Under the pieces are notes generated by a model, which was not told where the DNA came from, ran no database searches, and worked only from the letters and a program-made list of their open reading frames with translations. Both the position numbers and the translations under genes were made by a program. Source: Dictyostelium discoideum (taxonomy: Eukaryota). From it: a DNA stretch of 64,000 bases. The stretch lies in NCBI GenBank assembly GCA_000004695.1, contig CM000155.2, forward strand, positions 2,944,001 through 3,008,000, given 5' to 3'. This document shows, in pieces, positions 1 through 12,172 of the stretch (positions within the stretch are counted from its first letter, which is position 1; each line of letters begins with the position of its first letter).

Positions 1-498
1 ATTATTACTATTGTTATTATTAATTGCATCTCTATTATCTTTATTTATTACTGTATTTGTTATTTTTGATACACAACGAATTGATTCAGTGTATAATGAT
101 TTACCATCTAATTCCAAGATAATTTTAAATAAATTATTTTCATGTTTAGATGATAAAGTTTGGATTCTTGTTTCTACGGTTACTGTTTGATCTTTGATGT
201 AGATATTGTAATCCAATGGACTGGTTTTTAAAGAGTTTACCTTACTTTCCAAATCATTTTCGTATACTAATTTTAGTGAAACTTTATCTTTGGTAAGGTT
301 TTGGAATACACCTCCATTTGATTTATTTAATTTATTTGAATTTAATTTCTTTGGATCGATTACCAAAAGGAATGGAATATTTTTGGTAACAATGTTTACA
401 CTATTATCAGCTTTTAGTGTATCAACTAATGTGACATTAAATTTGGAATTTTGGAATTTTGTTGTTGTTGTAGTTGTTGTTGTTGTTGTTGTTGACAT
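1..498 (-). CDS. Hypothetical Thr/Asn/Lys-rich protein, 5' part (ATG 498..496; continues past the window start)
   Basis: Minus-strand reading frame open from the ATG at 498 to position 1 with no stop (MSTTTTTTTTTKFQNSKFNVTLVDTLKADNSV...). Codon usage is Dictyostelium-like. The + ORF 290..568 in the track is antisense low complexity. Confidence 0.45.
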   Translation of the reverse strand, partial: MSTTTTTTTTTTTKFQNSKFNVTLVDTLKADNSVNIVTKNIPFLLVIDPKKLNSNKLNKSNGGVFQNLTKDKVSLKLVYENDLESKVNSLKTSPLDYNIYIKDQTVTVETRIQTLSSKHENNLFKIILELDGKSLYTESIRCVSKITNTVINKDNRDAINNNNSNN

Positions 499-566
499 TT
501 TATATTTTATTAATATTAATTTATATATATTTTTTTATTATTATTATTATTATAAAATATTAAATT

Positions 567-608
<42 letters not shown>

Positions 609-609
609 A

Positions 610-654
<45 letters not shown>

Positions 655-1489
655 GATTAATAAATTTATTTAATTAAATAATATTGTTGTTTTTAAAAAA
701 ATATTGTTTAAAAATATATATATATATATTTTATTTAAAAAAAGAAAAAAAAAAAAAAACTTTTATAGTAATATTAGTGTTAAGTGATATTATAAAACTA
801 ATGGACAAAATGTTATTTGTTTAATGTTGTGTTTATTGGGGTGTGGAAAAAATTTCAATAAAAAAAAAAAAAAAAATTTATCAGCCAAAAAAAAAAAAAT
901 TAAAAAAAAATTAAAAAAAATTAAAAAAAAATTAAAAAAAATTAGAAAAAATTTTTTGGTTGTTGAATTTTCTATTGTGGAAAAAAAAAAAAAAAAGAAA
1001 GAAAAAACAAAGAAAAAAATGAAAAATTAAAAAATTAAAAAAATAAAAAAATAAAAAAAGAAGATTTGTTAAAACTTAAAAAAATAAAAATAATTTTCTA
1101 AACGATTAAAAAAAAGTGGGAAAAAAGTCAAAAAAAATATATTTTATATATTTAAATATGATGACTTATACAAAATACATGTACAAAAATCTGAAAAAAT
1201 AAAAATATATCTAAATATAATTTATTATTTATTTTTTTTTTTTTTTTATTTATTTTTTTTTTATTTCATTTTTTTTTTGAATTGATTAAACTCTTCTTTA
1301 ACTAATTTAAAAGAGTTTTTTTTTTTTTTTTTTATTTTCGCGTTTAAAATACATGTAATTATTTTTTTTTTTTTTTTTCTTTTTTTTAATTTTTTTTTTT
1401 TTCGCCTTTAAAATTTTTTATTTTTTTTTATAATTTTTTCATTTTTCAATTTTTTTTTTTCATAAACAAACAAATAAACATATAATAAA

Positions 1490-1935
1490 ATGTCAAGTGG
1501 TATTGGTGCTTGGGGTGGATCTGGTACATGTTATCCAATTTTTTCAGATTTTTGTACATGTATTTTTGATAAACCATTAGAATTATGTGAACCATACAGA
1601 AAAGATTATTTAGAATGTCTCCATAATGTTAAAGAAGTATATATCATTATCATCATTATCAACCAATCAATCAACCACTGATAGCAATAAAATTACCATA
1701 AATCAACTTGTGAATTCACCCCCCCAAAAAAAAAAAAAAAAAAAAAAAAAACCCACCATCAACAAAGTGATACTAATTTTTCTTTCTTTTTTTTTTTTCC
1801 CCTTAAATAAAAATATAGTATAAGAGTCAATCATCAGAAAATTACCATAAAGGTGGTGAGGAAAGAATTAACAAAGTTAGAGAAGCAATTAAAAGAGCTC
1901 AAGAATATGATCCAAAAAAAGGAAAATCTGAATAA
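1490..1935 (+). CDS. Small CHCH (twin Cx9C) protein, possibly NDUFS5-like complex I subunit; 2 exons 1490..1636 and 1819..1935
   Basis: Exon 1 ends ...LECLHNVKE with a GTATAT donor. The acceptor is aaatatag. Exon 2 is in frame and ends at TAA 1933-1935. Cys spacing is CEPYRKDYLEC (Cx9C), and YLECLH resembles WIECAH of NDUFS5. Confidence 0.45.
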
Positions 1936-2442
1936 ATTCAATTTTTTTTTTAATAGTAATAAATAATAATAATTAATAACTAATAATAATAATAATAATA
2001 ATATAATTTAGTGATAATACGATAAAACCCAAACAACAAAAAAAAAAAAAAAAAAGAACAAACTAGCATCACCCTTTTTTTTATAGTGCTAGAATATTAC
2101 ATGTAAAAAAAAAAAAGAAAAAAATAATAAAAAAAAATAATAAAAAAAAATATATATAATTTAAAAATAATATACTATTTTAATATAATTAATTTGAATC
2201 AAATTTATGAGAATTTTTGTTAACTTTTATTTATTTATTTATTTACACCAATAATCATAATAACAATAATAATAATAATAATAATAGACCATTTTTGGTT
2301 TTTGTACTTTTATTTATTATATACAATTAAATTCTTTACTTTGTTTTTTTTTTTTTTTTTTCATTATTTTTTTTCTTCTATAGTTATTAATTATGATACA
2401 AGTTAAATATGTGTATATATTTTAATTCTTTTTCACTAAAAA

Positions 2443-2748
2443 TTAGCCAAATGGGATAGTAATTGAAATATCATCACCAAATGCACCCCATTTATTTCTA
2501 TTTACTAAATAAATACCCATCCAACCCATGAAAATGGTTGAATATCCTAAAAATCCAATTAATGAGAATTTTAAATCTAAATAAATATAAAAAAAAAAAA
2601 AAAAAAAAAGATAAATTAGTTAATTAATATTTAAAATTTTTAATTTAATAATAATAATAAAATTATACATACACCATTTTACTTTATCATTCAAAGAATT
2701 TCTATATGGTATAAAATATAAAATGTTAATTAACCAAACCCAGGTAAG
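2443..2748 (-). CDS. 3'-terminal exons of a membrane protein gene (exon ..2748-2673, intron, exon 2576-2443); upstream part lost in the N gap
   Basis: Minus strand reads ...LTWVWLINILYFIPYRNSLNDKVKW, then a GTATGT donor, ~96-bp intron, TTTAG acceptor, then YLKFSLIGFLGYSTIFMGWMGIYLVNRNKWGAFGDDISITIPFG, stop. Hydrophobic helices present. Splice phases are consistent. Confidence 0.4.
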
Positions 2749-2848
2749 NNNNNNNNNNNNNNNNNNNNNNNNNNNNNNNNNNNNNNNNNNNNNNNNNNNN
2801 NNNNNNNNNNNNNNNNNNNNNNNNNNNNNNNNNNNNNNNNNNNNNNNN
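2749..2848. other. Assembly gap (100 N)
   Basis: Run of N. Confidence 1.
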
Positions 2849-3689
2849 CACTCGTTCAGATTTATCAAGAAGAAATCCAAACAATTCTCATGTCCTTGCC
2901 GCAAGATTGGATGACTATGGTAGATACCATTATCAACAAGAACCATTATATCAAGATAAAATGGCTAAAGAAGCCTTCAAATTGGCTAAAGCTGAAAAGA
3001 AGAATGAATACGTTGCCAATAAAGCAGTACTTCAAAAAGAAGGTCTCATTAGAGCTGTTGAAAGAAATGATAAACTTAATAAAACTCAAATTGCACCTGA
3101 AAGACCAATTTTCAAGAATGATACTATGGTTATTGAAGAACCAGTGCTTACAAATACAATTGTTTACGAAACAGTTCCAACTACTTCAACTTCACAAATT
3201 TTAATTCCACAAGAAACAATCATTACTGAAAATAAAACATTTGAACAACCAACTTTAGAGAAACAAACAACTACAACAACCACCACTACTACAACATCAT
3301 CATCATCTGAAGGTAGCTCAAATGTTGCCCCTCCACAAGAAACTTTTGTTCCACAATTAGAAAAGGATGAAGCTCCAATTTATAGAGAAGAAGTTGTTTT
3401 GGTTCCACACATTGAAGAGGATACTTTTGATTCTGGTAATCAACAATTAAGTTATTCTGAAATTACTCAAGTTCCAGTTCAAATGACAAGTAGTGAATTT
3501 GGTGGTGGTGGTGGCAACAATAGTGGTTCTTCAGGTAGAAAAGGTAAAAAAGGTAAAAAACAACAATATCGTAAAGAAATCATTACAAAACAATCAACTG
3601 ATGGTGGTAAATCTTGGACAAATGATTCAAACTTGGCTGGTGATAATGTTGAATTTATTCAAGAACAAACAACAATTAGAAATCAATAA
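2849..3689 (+). CDS. Hypothetical protein, 3' portion (frame open from the gap edge; ORF track 2907..3689 begins with a TTG artefact)
   Basis: Frame is open from 2849 (TRSDLSRRNPNNSHVLAARLDDYGRYHYQQEPLYQDKMAKEAFKLAKAEKK...) to TAA at 3689. There is a Thr-rich tract and a GGGGGNNSGSSGRKGKKGKK tract. No recognisable domain. Confidence 0.5.
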
Positions 3690-4129
3690 ATTATTATTTA
3701 ATAAAAATATTTAATAAAATTTTATTAATATTTTTTTAATTTAATAATTTTTTTATTTATTTTTATCATCTTTATTATTATTAAAAAAAAAAAATATCAA
3801 TAAAATAGTCAAAAGAAAATTGATATTTAAAAAAAATAAAAATAATCATTAATTTATATTATAACGAATTTATTAACTAATATCAATAATTCGTTTTAAT
3901 ATTAAAAATAAAAAATAAAAAAATATAAAAAAAAATTTAATTATTATAATAAAAAAAAAATTAATAAAGCTTGTATAATTTTAATAATTTGTAATTAATT
4001 TATTTATATTTAAAGTAGGTTATTGTTTATATAATTACTAGTTAACGGATATTAATTTTGTTTAATCTATTTGAATCTACTATACTATATCCATTTTGAT
4101 TTCTTATAAATCAAATAAAATAATTACTA

Positions 4130-4796
4130 AAAAAAAAAAGTAAAAAATCAGGTGAAAAAAAAAGAAAAAAAAAAAAAAAACCCATTTTTATCTAACCAAA
4201 ACCATTTCATTACAAGTCAAATTTGATAATCTTTTAAATATGACAATATTATTTTATTTGAAAAAAAAAAAAAAAAAAAAAAAAAATTCACCCAAAATCG
4301 AATTAAAAAAAAAAAAAAAAAAAATTCAAACCAAATACCAAAGATTTCCCACCCCTAATTCTTAAAAAAAAAAAAAAAATTTAAAAAAAATTTTAAAAAT
4401 AAAAAACCCCTTTTAACATAAGGAATTTAAAATATTTAAATAAAAAAAACTTCCCCAAACTTATAACCCCCAATTTGCTCGACAATAATTAATTAATTAA
4501 TTAATTAAAATTTTTTTTTTTAATTTTTTTTTTTTTAATAATTAAAAAATAAAAAAAAAAAAACCCTTTTTTTTTTTTTTTTTTTTTTTTTGAAGGGAAA
4601 AATTAAAAATGAAAATTTAAAAATCCCGGGAAAAAATTTAAAAAAAAAAAAAAAATTTCCTTCCAAAAAAAAAAAATTAAAAATAAAAAATTCTGGGGGG
4701 GGGGAAAAAAAAAAACCCCCAAATTTTAAAAAAAAAAAGGGCCCCAAAATTTTAAAAAAAAAAAAAATTTTTTTTTTTTTTAAAAAAACCATAAAT
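4130..4796. repeat. Homopolymer-rich low-complexity block (A/T/C/G runs) abutting a gap; probable low-quality or unplaced sequence
   Basis: Strings such as cccggg, gggggggg, aaaaacccc that are atypical even for Dictyostelium intergenic DNA. Lies directly 5' of gap 4797-4896 and the TRE ORF. Confidence 0.5.
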
Positions 4797-4896
4797 NNNN
4801 NNNNNNNNNNNNNNNNNNNNNNNNNNNNNNNNNNNNNNNNNNNNNNNNNNNNNNNNNNNNNNNNNNNNNNNNNNNNNNNNNNNNNNNNNNNNNNNN
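4797..4896. other. Assembly gap (100 N)
   Basis: Run of N. Confidence 1.
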
Positions 4897-6768
4897 CAAA
4901 AATTGAAATTAATGGTAGTACTACTATACCCTTTGAGATCAAAAGAGGAGTTAAACAAGGAGATCCACTATCACCCACCCTGTTCGTCCTTGTAATAGAG
5001 GCTTTAGCTAGAAAAATTTTACAAGATGACCGAATTACTGGCCTTCCTCTAAACAACAGCAACCACAGAGAGAAATTCCAAAGCTTTGCAGACGACTCGG
5101 CTTCAATGGTCCCAGACTCTCAACAACTTGAATTAGTACTACAACACTTCAATTCGTTTTGCAAAGCCACTTCCTCAAAACTAAACATCGACAAATCTTC
5201 ATCAATTCTTATAGGCAACCCAGACAATACCAACCAAAGAATTCCAATATCTACAAATCCAGAAAGATACTTGGGATACTTCTTCACAGGCAAAGGGATA
5301 ACAAGAAAAATGCCAGAAATATTAAACACAATAAGATCATCCTTAGTACTATGGAAAACCACTGACTCAACAATCAAAACCAAAACCAACATCCTCAAAG
5401 CATTCGCACTCTCTAAATTAACCTACTATTCATATGTAGAGAAATTTAAGGAAGAGGAATTAAACCAAATCAATAAATTAGTCGAATGGTTTTTATCGGC
5501 ACCAAACAACAAAAATGCTAGTGGATTTCAAGTTATTAATTTAATGAGAACCAAAAGAGCAAGATACCCACTAAAAGTAGGAGGCTGGAACATTTGGAAT
5601 ATAGAATTGAGACAACTGGCGCAGAAACTTTGGATCATAAACCAATTCATCCTAGCACTAGAAACCAAACAAACAAACTCATCTCATTACAAAAGCTGGG
5701 AATATCAGATCCAAAAAAACAAATTCACATCCAGATACCTAAAAGAAAACTTAGACGAATGGAACAAAATAAGAATAAAAAAAGCAATCTTCAACAATAA
5801 TCTCACATCCATAAAAAACGAAAATGGACAACCACTTTCACTGGCAGAATGGTATACCACAATTCAAGACCAAAATCCAACCATCCCTAAAACGGAATTC
5901 CAATCATCTCTAAACTTAAGAGGCTACAGCTATAATCAACTCTTCAACAACATACTGAAGATAAAAGACCATAAAACAAGAGACACAATGTTTAGATTCC
6001 ATGCCAGATGCCTTCCAATAAACTACCTTCACAACAAACAATGCCCACTCTGCAAAGAAGATATGAGCAAAGACCCATACGGTCACCTGTTCTTCTCATG
6101 CAAGAAAACAAAACAATTCATAAAAATAAATAAACTCAAAAATTTCATCTATATTACCACAGGCAAAGGTAAAAACTGGCACCATACAAGAATTAGGCAA
6201 AATAACAATTTCATTAATAGAATAACTCCAAAATTATCACCGACAGCCAAAAAAGATCAAGAAGTGAATGCAGATTACGCCAACCACAGATTCCACAAAG
6301 AATACTTTGAATGGAACTATAAAGCAATAGACTATGATCTAACCAGATCATTCGCATATAGAAACCTAATGGCCCTTATCCTCCACAACATTTGGATTTG
6401 GATTTGCAATCAAATATACAGTGAAGATCCTTTAACAGATGAATCACTATCATACAGCTCCCTTCTAAAGAAATGGCACAAATTGGCCACTCTAGAATAC
6501 ATCAAAAAAGCAAAAGATCTGAAAAACTTATCAGCAAAAGACCATAATAACTTCAAAGATCCTAAGATCCTTCTCACTTCAACGATCAAGCTAAGAAAAA
6601 CAAAAGCTAATTACTATTGTATTCCAGAATCATCTCTCCCAAATATTATATCTTTTGATCAATTCATATGATTAAAATAACCCTTCAGCTTAAATGATAA
6701 GCCTTTAAATAAATATTAAATAAAACTCGTATTAACACAGATGGACATATATCAATCTTGTTAATCCA

Positions 6769-6800
<32 letters not shown>
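4897..6800 (+). mobile_element. Non-LTR (LINE-like, tRNA-gene-associated TRE-type) retrotransposon, 3' portion with ORF2 RT/C-terminal region and poly(A) tail
   Basis: ORF 4897..6671 has RT motifs (GVKQGDPLSPTLF, FADD as the YxDD-type motif), a C-terminal Cys-rich CPLCKEDMSKDPYGHLFFSC motif, and a 3' UTR ending in a 27-nt A run at 6774-6800. The same sequence recurs as a rearranged fragment at 9821-10382. Confidence 0.85.
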
Positions 6801-7995
6801 TTGTATTAATAATTTCCAAGCCCTTAGAGATTTACCAATTTGATTTATTTTAAATGAATTAACAGGAAAGTGAATCGATGAAAACTCTCCAGGTGTTTCA
6901 TTTTGAGAAATCATTTAATTTAAAAAAAAAAAAAAATATAATTGTTGGGCTTGTTTTCATTCTTTTTAAAAATATCATTATTACTAAAATCACCCATAAA
7001 TACACCATATAAACCTTATTTTCTTTTAAATTTATATCGAGTTATCAATAATTGATCATTTTTTTAACGAGATCCATTTAGGTATGTTATTTTTAGAATT
7101 TTAAAAATTATTTTTTTTTAAAAAAAAAAAACCAAAACAATCATAATTTAATATTAAAACTTATAAATAAAAACACTAAAAACACAAAAATTATGAATAA
7201 AAATAAAAATAGAAAAAAACAAATATAGATTTAAAATTCCAGTAACCATGGTAATTTATTAACCCGGATTAAAATATTATAATTGGGGATATTACATTTG
7301 GAAAATCTAAAAATTAATACCATTTTGAAAATTTACAAAAAAAAAAAAATAAAAATAGAATTAATCCCTGGTATTAATAAATAATAAAAAATTAAAAAAT
7401 AAAAATAAAAAATAATATTTTTTTAAAATAATGGGGATCATTATTTTTTTAATAAAAAAAAAGTGATTACCAATTTTAAAGAAAGAAACCAGGTTAAATA
7501 AATAATTAGTTTTTTTATTATCAAAGTTGAAAAATCTAAAATGACATTGAAAAGATATTATGATCTGGCCTATCACTTTTAATAATTTACTAAAATAGAA
7601 GATATTTTTTAACATGCGGCATAGGTTATTATAAAATTACAAAATGTCAGTAGTGGGCACAAAAATGAATAAAATTTAAATAAAATTTAAATAAAATTAA
7701 AATAAAAAAAATTAAAAAAATCTTGAAAAAAAAAAAAAAGATATTTTTCAAAAATTATAGGAATAATGGCTTTTCAAAAATAATTAATATGGTTAAAATA
7801 TCTAATTTTTCATTTTTTTTTTATTTTTTATTTTTTTTTATTTTTATTTTTTTTTTTAGATTAAAAAATATCTGATTTTATTAATTTTGATTATTTTTAT
7901 TTTTATCCTGGTATTTCTTTTTTTTTTAAAATAAAAACAAAATTTTTTTTTTTTTTTATTTTTTAATATTATATTTATTTTTGTATTTGTAAAAA

Positions 7996-9079
7996 ATGAG
8001 ATTATTTCTTTTATTAATTACTTTTATTGCATTATTTGGTGCTATTAATGCATTTTCAGGTGTTGATATTTCACAAGGAAGTTCTGTAGGTGATTTCCAA
8101 TGTATGCTAAATCAAGGTTTTGAATTTGCAATCATTAGGTAATTATACAATTTATTAAAAAAAAATAAAACTTGTTTTAAAATATTTAAATATATTAATT
8201 TATAATTCAAAATTATAGAGGTTATATGGAAACTGGTCAAGTTGATCCAGAAGTTGTAAACAGTATTGCATGTGCACGTGAAGCTGGTGTCGAATATGTT
8301 GATACTTATCTTTTCCCATGTAAGAATGAAATTATTTTAATTTTAAACTTTATTTAAATGTGAATAATAAATTTATTTACAATTATTTTTTTAAAACATT
8401 TTCAGGTTTTAATTGTGGTAACCCACAAGATCAAGGTCCAGCTTTAGTATGTTTTGATTTTTTTATAATAATAATTATTTTATTTAGAAATATATATATA
8501 TTAAAAACCAATTCTAATATATAATTTAAAATTATTAATAGGTTAACTACTTAAGTGGATACAATGCTAACTATGGTATGGTATGGTTAGATATCGAATC
8601 ATCAGATTGGAGTGGTGATCAATCAGTATGTATCAATAATAGTAAACTTTAGAGTCTTTCATTTTTTTATTTAAACTACTAATATTAAAAATTTAATTTA
8701 AATAGGCAAATGTTGCATTTTTTGAAGGCTTAATTTCAGGTTTACAAAGTGTTGGTGCTCATATTGGTGTATACACCTCAGCTTCACAATGGATTCCAAT
8801 CATGGGTGGTTATACTGGTGGTTCCGAATTCCCACTTTGGGTAAGTTGTTTTTTTTTTTTTTTTAATTTTTTATTATTTTATTATAGATTTTATAGTATT
8901 ATTCGATATTAATAAAAACTCTTTCATTCAACAACAACAACAACAATTAGTATGCCAATTGGGATGGAGTACAAAGTTTTGATGATTTTTCAGCATTTGG
9001 TGGTTGGAGCACTCCAGCAATTAAACAATATAATGATGGTGGTAGCAACTGTGGTGTTGGTTATGATTTTAATTGGTGA
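7996..9079 (+). CDS. GH25 (Entamoeba/Chalaropsis-type) lysozyme with signal peptide; 6 exons: 7996..8138, 8219..8319, 8406..8446, 8542..8625, 8706..8840, 8951..9079
   Basis: MRLFLLLITFIALFGAINA signal peptide, then GVDISQGSSVGDFQCMLNQGFEFAIIRGYMETGQVD...VWLDIESSDW...GVYTSASQWIPIMGG...PLWYANWDG...GGWSTPAIKQYN, which fits the GH25 pattern. All junctions are GT..AG. Summed exon length is 633 nt (210 aa + stop) and in frame. Confidence 0.8.
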
Positions 9080-9775
9080 GTATTGAAAAAAAAAAAAAAA
9101 GATAAAAAAAAGATTAAAAATTTAAACAAATACTAACCATTTTATTATTCTAATTTGAAAACCAGGTATCCAAATTAATATTTTAATTTATATTTAATCA
9201 GATTGGTTAAAAATTTAAAATAAATATGTTAAATGGTTTTTATACAAGCATAAATATATTTTTTTATGTTTTAAATATCCTATTTTTAAAAAAAGATAAA
9301 TTGGTGGAATTATTATTGAACTTTTTTTTTTTTGTTGTTGTTGAGTAGTTTATGTTAACCTCATGATCCTTCTTTATATTTGGTGGGATTATAGGTTTAA
9401 TTCTTTTTTTTTTTTTTTTTTTTTTTATATTTGATCATTTTAATAAAAAAAAATTAATGCATTAATCAAATGATTTTTTTTTAAAGTTGATTGCAAATCC
9501 ATATCCATATCTGGTGAAATATCATTACTATCAAGTTTTTATATGAGAAATGTGATAATCTATAGCCTTGTAACACCATATGAAGTGAGGTTTATGAAAT
9601 CTTATATGAATGTAGTCAATGTTGATTTCATGGTCTTTCTTCATATTAGGAGGTATAATTGGTGTGATTTTGTTTGTTGTTTGTTGTTTATGATTGTTCC
9701 GCCTGTTAATTTGAAGATGAATCCTGTTAATTTGGTATTGTTAATATATGATTTGGGAGCACTTGTTCTGAAATA

Positions 9776-9777
<2 letters not shown>

Positions 9778-9823
<46 letters not shown>

Positions 9824-10418
9824 TGGATTAACAAGATTGATATATGTCCATCTGTGTTAATACGAGTTTTATTTAATATTTATTTAAAGGCTTATCATTT
9901 AAGCTGAAGGGTTATTTTAATCATATGAATTGATCAAAAGATATAATATTTGGGAGAGATGATTCTGGAATACAATAGTAATTAGCTGTTGTTTTTCTTA
10001 TCTTGATCGTTGAAGTGAGAAGGATCTTAGGATCTTTGAAGTTATTATGGTCTTTTGCTGATAAGTTTTTCAGATCTTTTGCTTTTTTGATGTATTCTAG
10101 AGTGGCCAATTTGTGCCATTTCTTTAGAAGGGAGCTGTATGATAGTGATTCATCTGTTAAAGGATCTTCACTGTATATTCAGAATTCCAATATCTACAAA
10201 TCCAGAAAGATACTTGGGATACTTCTTCACAGGCAAAGGGATAACAAGAAAAATACCAGAAATATTAAACACAATAAGATCATCCTTAGTACTATGGAAA
10301 ACCACTGACTCAACAATCAAAACCAAAACCAACATCCTCAAAGCATTCGCACTCTCTAAATTAACCTACTATTCATATGTAGTATATTGTATTTCAGAAC
10401 GGAAAAATATAACTTTGC
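9778..10418 (-). mobile_element. Rearranged 5'-truncated TRE retrotransposon fragment (inverted 3' end with poly(A) joined to a forward internal segment), inserted downstream of tRNA-Lys
   Basis: 9778-9818 is a 41-nt T run, which is poly(A) on the minus strand. 9821-10178 is the reverse complement of element positions 6415-6773. 10180-10382 is in forward orientation and matches 5222-5440. 10383-10400 is an inverted copy of the left-flank target GTTCTGAAATACAATATA. The second duplicate copy lacks all of this. Confidence 0.8.
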
Positions 10419-10488
10419 AGGTTAGTTTTCTTAATTTTATTATTTGTATGGTAAAGTCATTTGGGTCCTTTTACAATATCTTCATAGC

Positions 10489-10500
10489 CGGAGTCGAACA
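10489..10500 (-). promoter_or_regulatory. Downstream B-box-like element (ex-B box) of tRNA-Lys copy 1
   Basis: Minus-strand TGTTCGACTCC lies ~35 bp 3' of the tRNA end and matches the GGTTCGANTCC B-box consensus, as described for Dictyostelium tRNA genes. Confidence 0.6.
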
Positions 10501-10532
10501 TGCGATCTCAACTATACTCAGTAAAAATAATT

Positions 10533-10605
10533 CGCCCAACGGGGGGCTCGAACCCCCGACCACCAGATTAAGAGTCTGGCGCTCTACCGACTGAGCTAGC
10601 CGGGC
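10533..10605 (-). tRNA. tRNA-Lys (anticodon CUU)
   Basis: Minus strand reads GCCCGGCTAGCTCAGTCGGTAGAGCGCCAGACTCTTAATCTGGTGGTCGGGGGTTCGAGCCCCCCGTTGGGCG. This gives a cloverleaf with A box TAGCTCAGTCGG, a CTT anticodon loop, B box GGTTCGAGCC, and a T run just 3' of the gene. It is near-identical to metazoan tRNA-Lys-CTT. Confidence 0.92.
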
Positions 10606-11898
10606 ATTTTTATGAATTTTCAATTAAAATACTGGTATACGTAATAAATTTACTCCAATTGAAAAAAGATGAGTTTACAGGTGAAGCAATTTATTTTATC
10701 CAAAAAAAAAAGGTCAAATAATTATCAATTTAATACACAAAAAATAAATAGTTTATTGTTGTCTCTTTCTTTTGAAATTAATAAAATATTTTAATTTAAG
10801 AGTTTTTATTTCAGATTTTTTGTTCAATTGCACAGAACAGAGATTTAAAATTGTGGTGTGGCAAATAAAAAAAAAAATTATGAGAAAATAGATTATAATA
10901 GCTTTTATTAAATTACACTTATTTATACATTGATATTTAAATAGAAAATCGATTTAATTTTAATTTTATGAGAATAATAATTTCAAATAACTAATCCTCC
11001 ATTTGGTTTTTGAAAAACTTCTAAATGTACAGAGTTTGAAGTGGGCTGAGTATTTAAATTTACAACACTTTTTGATTGATCTTTTTTTGTATTGATAAAA
11101 CTTGTTGTTTTAACTGATTTATTTTTTGCCAAACAATCTAACAAATTTTTAAATCAATATGTTAGAAAATAAATAAAATAAATTTTTGAAAAAAATAACT
11201 TAATTAGTTTACACACATACCGTAAATCATTTTTTAATAAATTTTTTAAATAAATAAAAAAATAAATAAATTATATAAATAAAATAAAATATAATAAAAT
11301 AAAATAAATAATTAAAAAACTAGTTTAATAAATAAATATTTTTTAAAAAATAGATTAAAAAAATTGTAAATAAATTTTTAAAAAATGAATAAAAAAAAAA
11401 AACAGAAAATTGAATTTAAATATTTTATTCTTTTATTTTTGTATTTTTTTAATTTTATAATTTTTTTTAATTGTTTATTTTATAAAATAATGAAAATATT
11501 AATTTAATATCCATATTTGTACTTTAAGATTATTATTTATAAATCTTGTGATTTTGTTTATTTAAATAATTATTTCAAAGAATTATAATATGAGTTTTTA
11601 AAATTAAGGCAATTATAGTACACTTTTACATATAATTATACAATAAATATTTTAATTTTTTATTTTAAAAAAAAAAAATATTTAAAAATAAATTAAAAAA
11701 AAAAAATAACCACTCTTACTATTTGTTTTTATTATAATAATAATCGAATTTTATTAATTTTGTTTTTATTTTAATATTTTGCTCTATATTGAATTTCAAA
11801 TTCCATACGTCCTTCATTGTTTTTTTTTTTTTACACAGAATAATAACTGATTAAGATTTTTTTTGTTTATTATTTTTAAAAAAAAAAAAAAGAAACAA

Positions 11899-11998
11899 NN
11901 NNNNNNNNNNNNNNNNNNNNNNNNNNNNNNNNNNNNNNNNNNNNNNNNNNNNNNNNNNNNNNNNNNNNNNNNNNNNNNNNNNNNNNNNNNNNNNNNNN
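11899..11998. other. Assembly gap (100 N) between the two tandem duplicate copies
   Basis: Run of N. Confidence 1.
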
Positions 11999-12043
11999 AT
12001 ATTAATAAAAACTCTTTCATTCAACAACAACAACAACAATTAG

Positions 12044-12172
12044 TATGCCAATTGGGATGGAGTACAAAGTTTTGATGATTTTTCAGCATTTGGTGGTTGG
12101 AGCACTCCAGCAATTAAACAATATAATGATGGTGGTAGCAACTGTGGTGTTGGTTATGATTTTAATTGGTGA
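12044..12172 (+). pseudogene. Duplicated terminal exon (exon 6) of the GH25 lysozyme gene, with no upstream exons in this copy
   Basis: Identical acceptor context and coding sequence YANWDGVQSFDDFSAFGGWSTPAIKQYNDGGSNCGVGYDFNW, then stop. Exons 1-5 are absent before it (the gap precedes it). Confidence 0.6.

Larger units (their letters stand above)
8906..11898. repeat. Copy 1 of a ~3-kb tandem duplication (bounded at the 3' side by a gap); contains lysozyme exon 6, the TRE fragment insertion and tRNA-Lys
   Basis: 8906-9777 and 10419-11898 are near-identical to 11999-14357. Copy 1 additionally carries ~640 bp of TRE-derived sequence (9778-10418). Confidence 0.85.

Noticed and set aside
824-1030. 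Track ORF 824..1030 encoding K-rich peptide (and similar ORFs 1626..1823, 20175..20369, 28161..28468, 42399..42771, 55258..55542, 57697..58047)
   Set aside because: These are translations of poly(A)/poly(T) intergenic low complexity. They have no start context and no codon structure.
2740-2752. U1 snRNA-like 5' motif CTTACCTGG on the minus strand
   Set aside because: Downstream sequence does not match U1 (no CAGGGGAG or Sm site). It reads as coding and joins a spliced membrane-protein exon.
2620-2946. Track ORFs containing runs of X (2620..2946, 4535..5062, 4590..4958, 11814..12075, 16735..17002, 42102..42302)
   Set aside because: The frames are carried across 100-N scaffold gaps. The gap length is arbitrary, so the continuity is meaningless.
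10139-10594. 151-aa ORF spanning TRE fragment and tRNA-Lys
   Set aside because: It is a chimeric read-through of a rearranged retroelement fragment into the antisense of a tRNA gene, not a gene.
10985-11135. Short minus-strand ORF in the duplicated intergenic segment
   Set aside because: On careful reverse-complementing there is no in-frame ATG, and a stop occurs early. I mis-read it at first.
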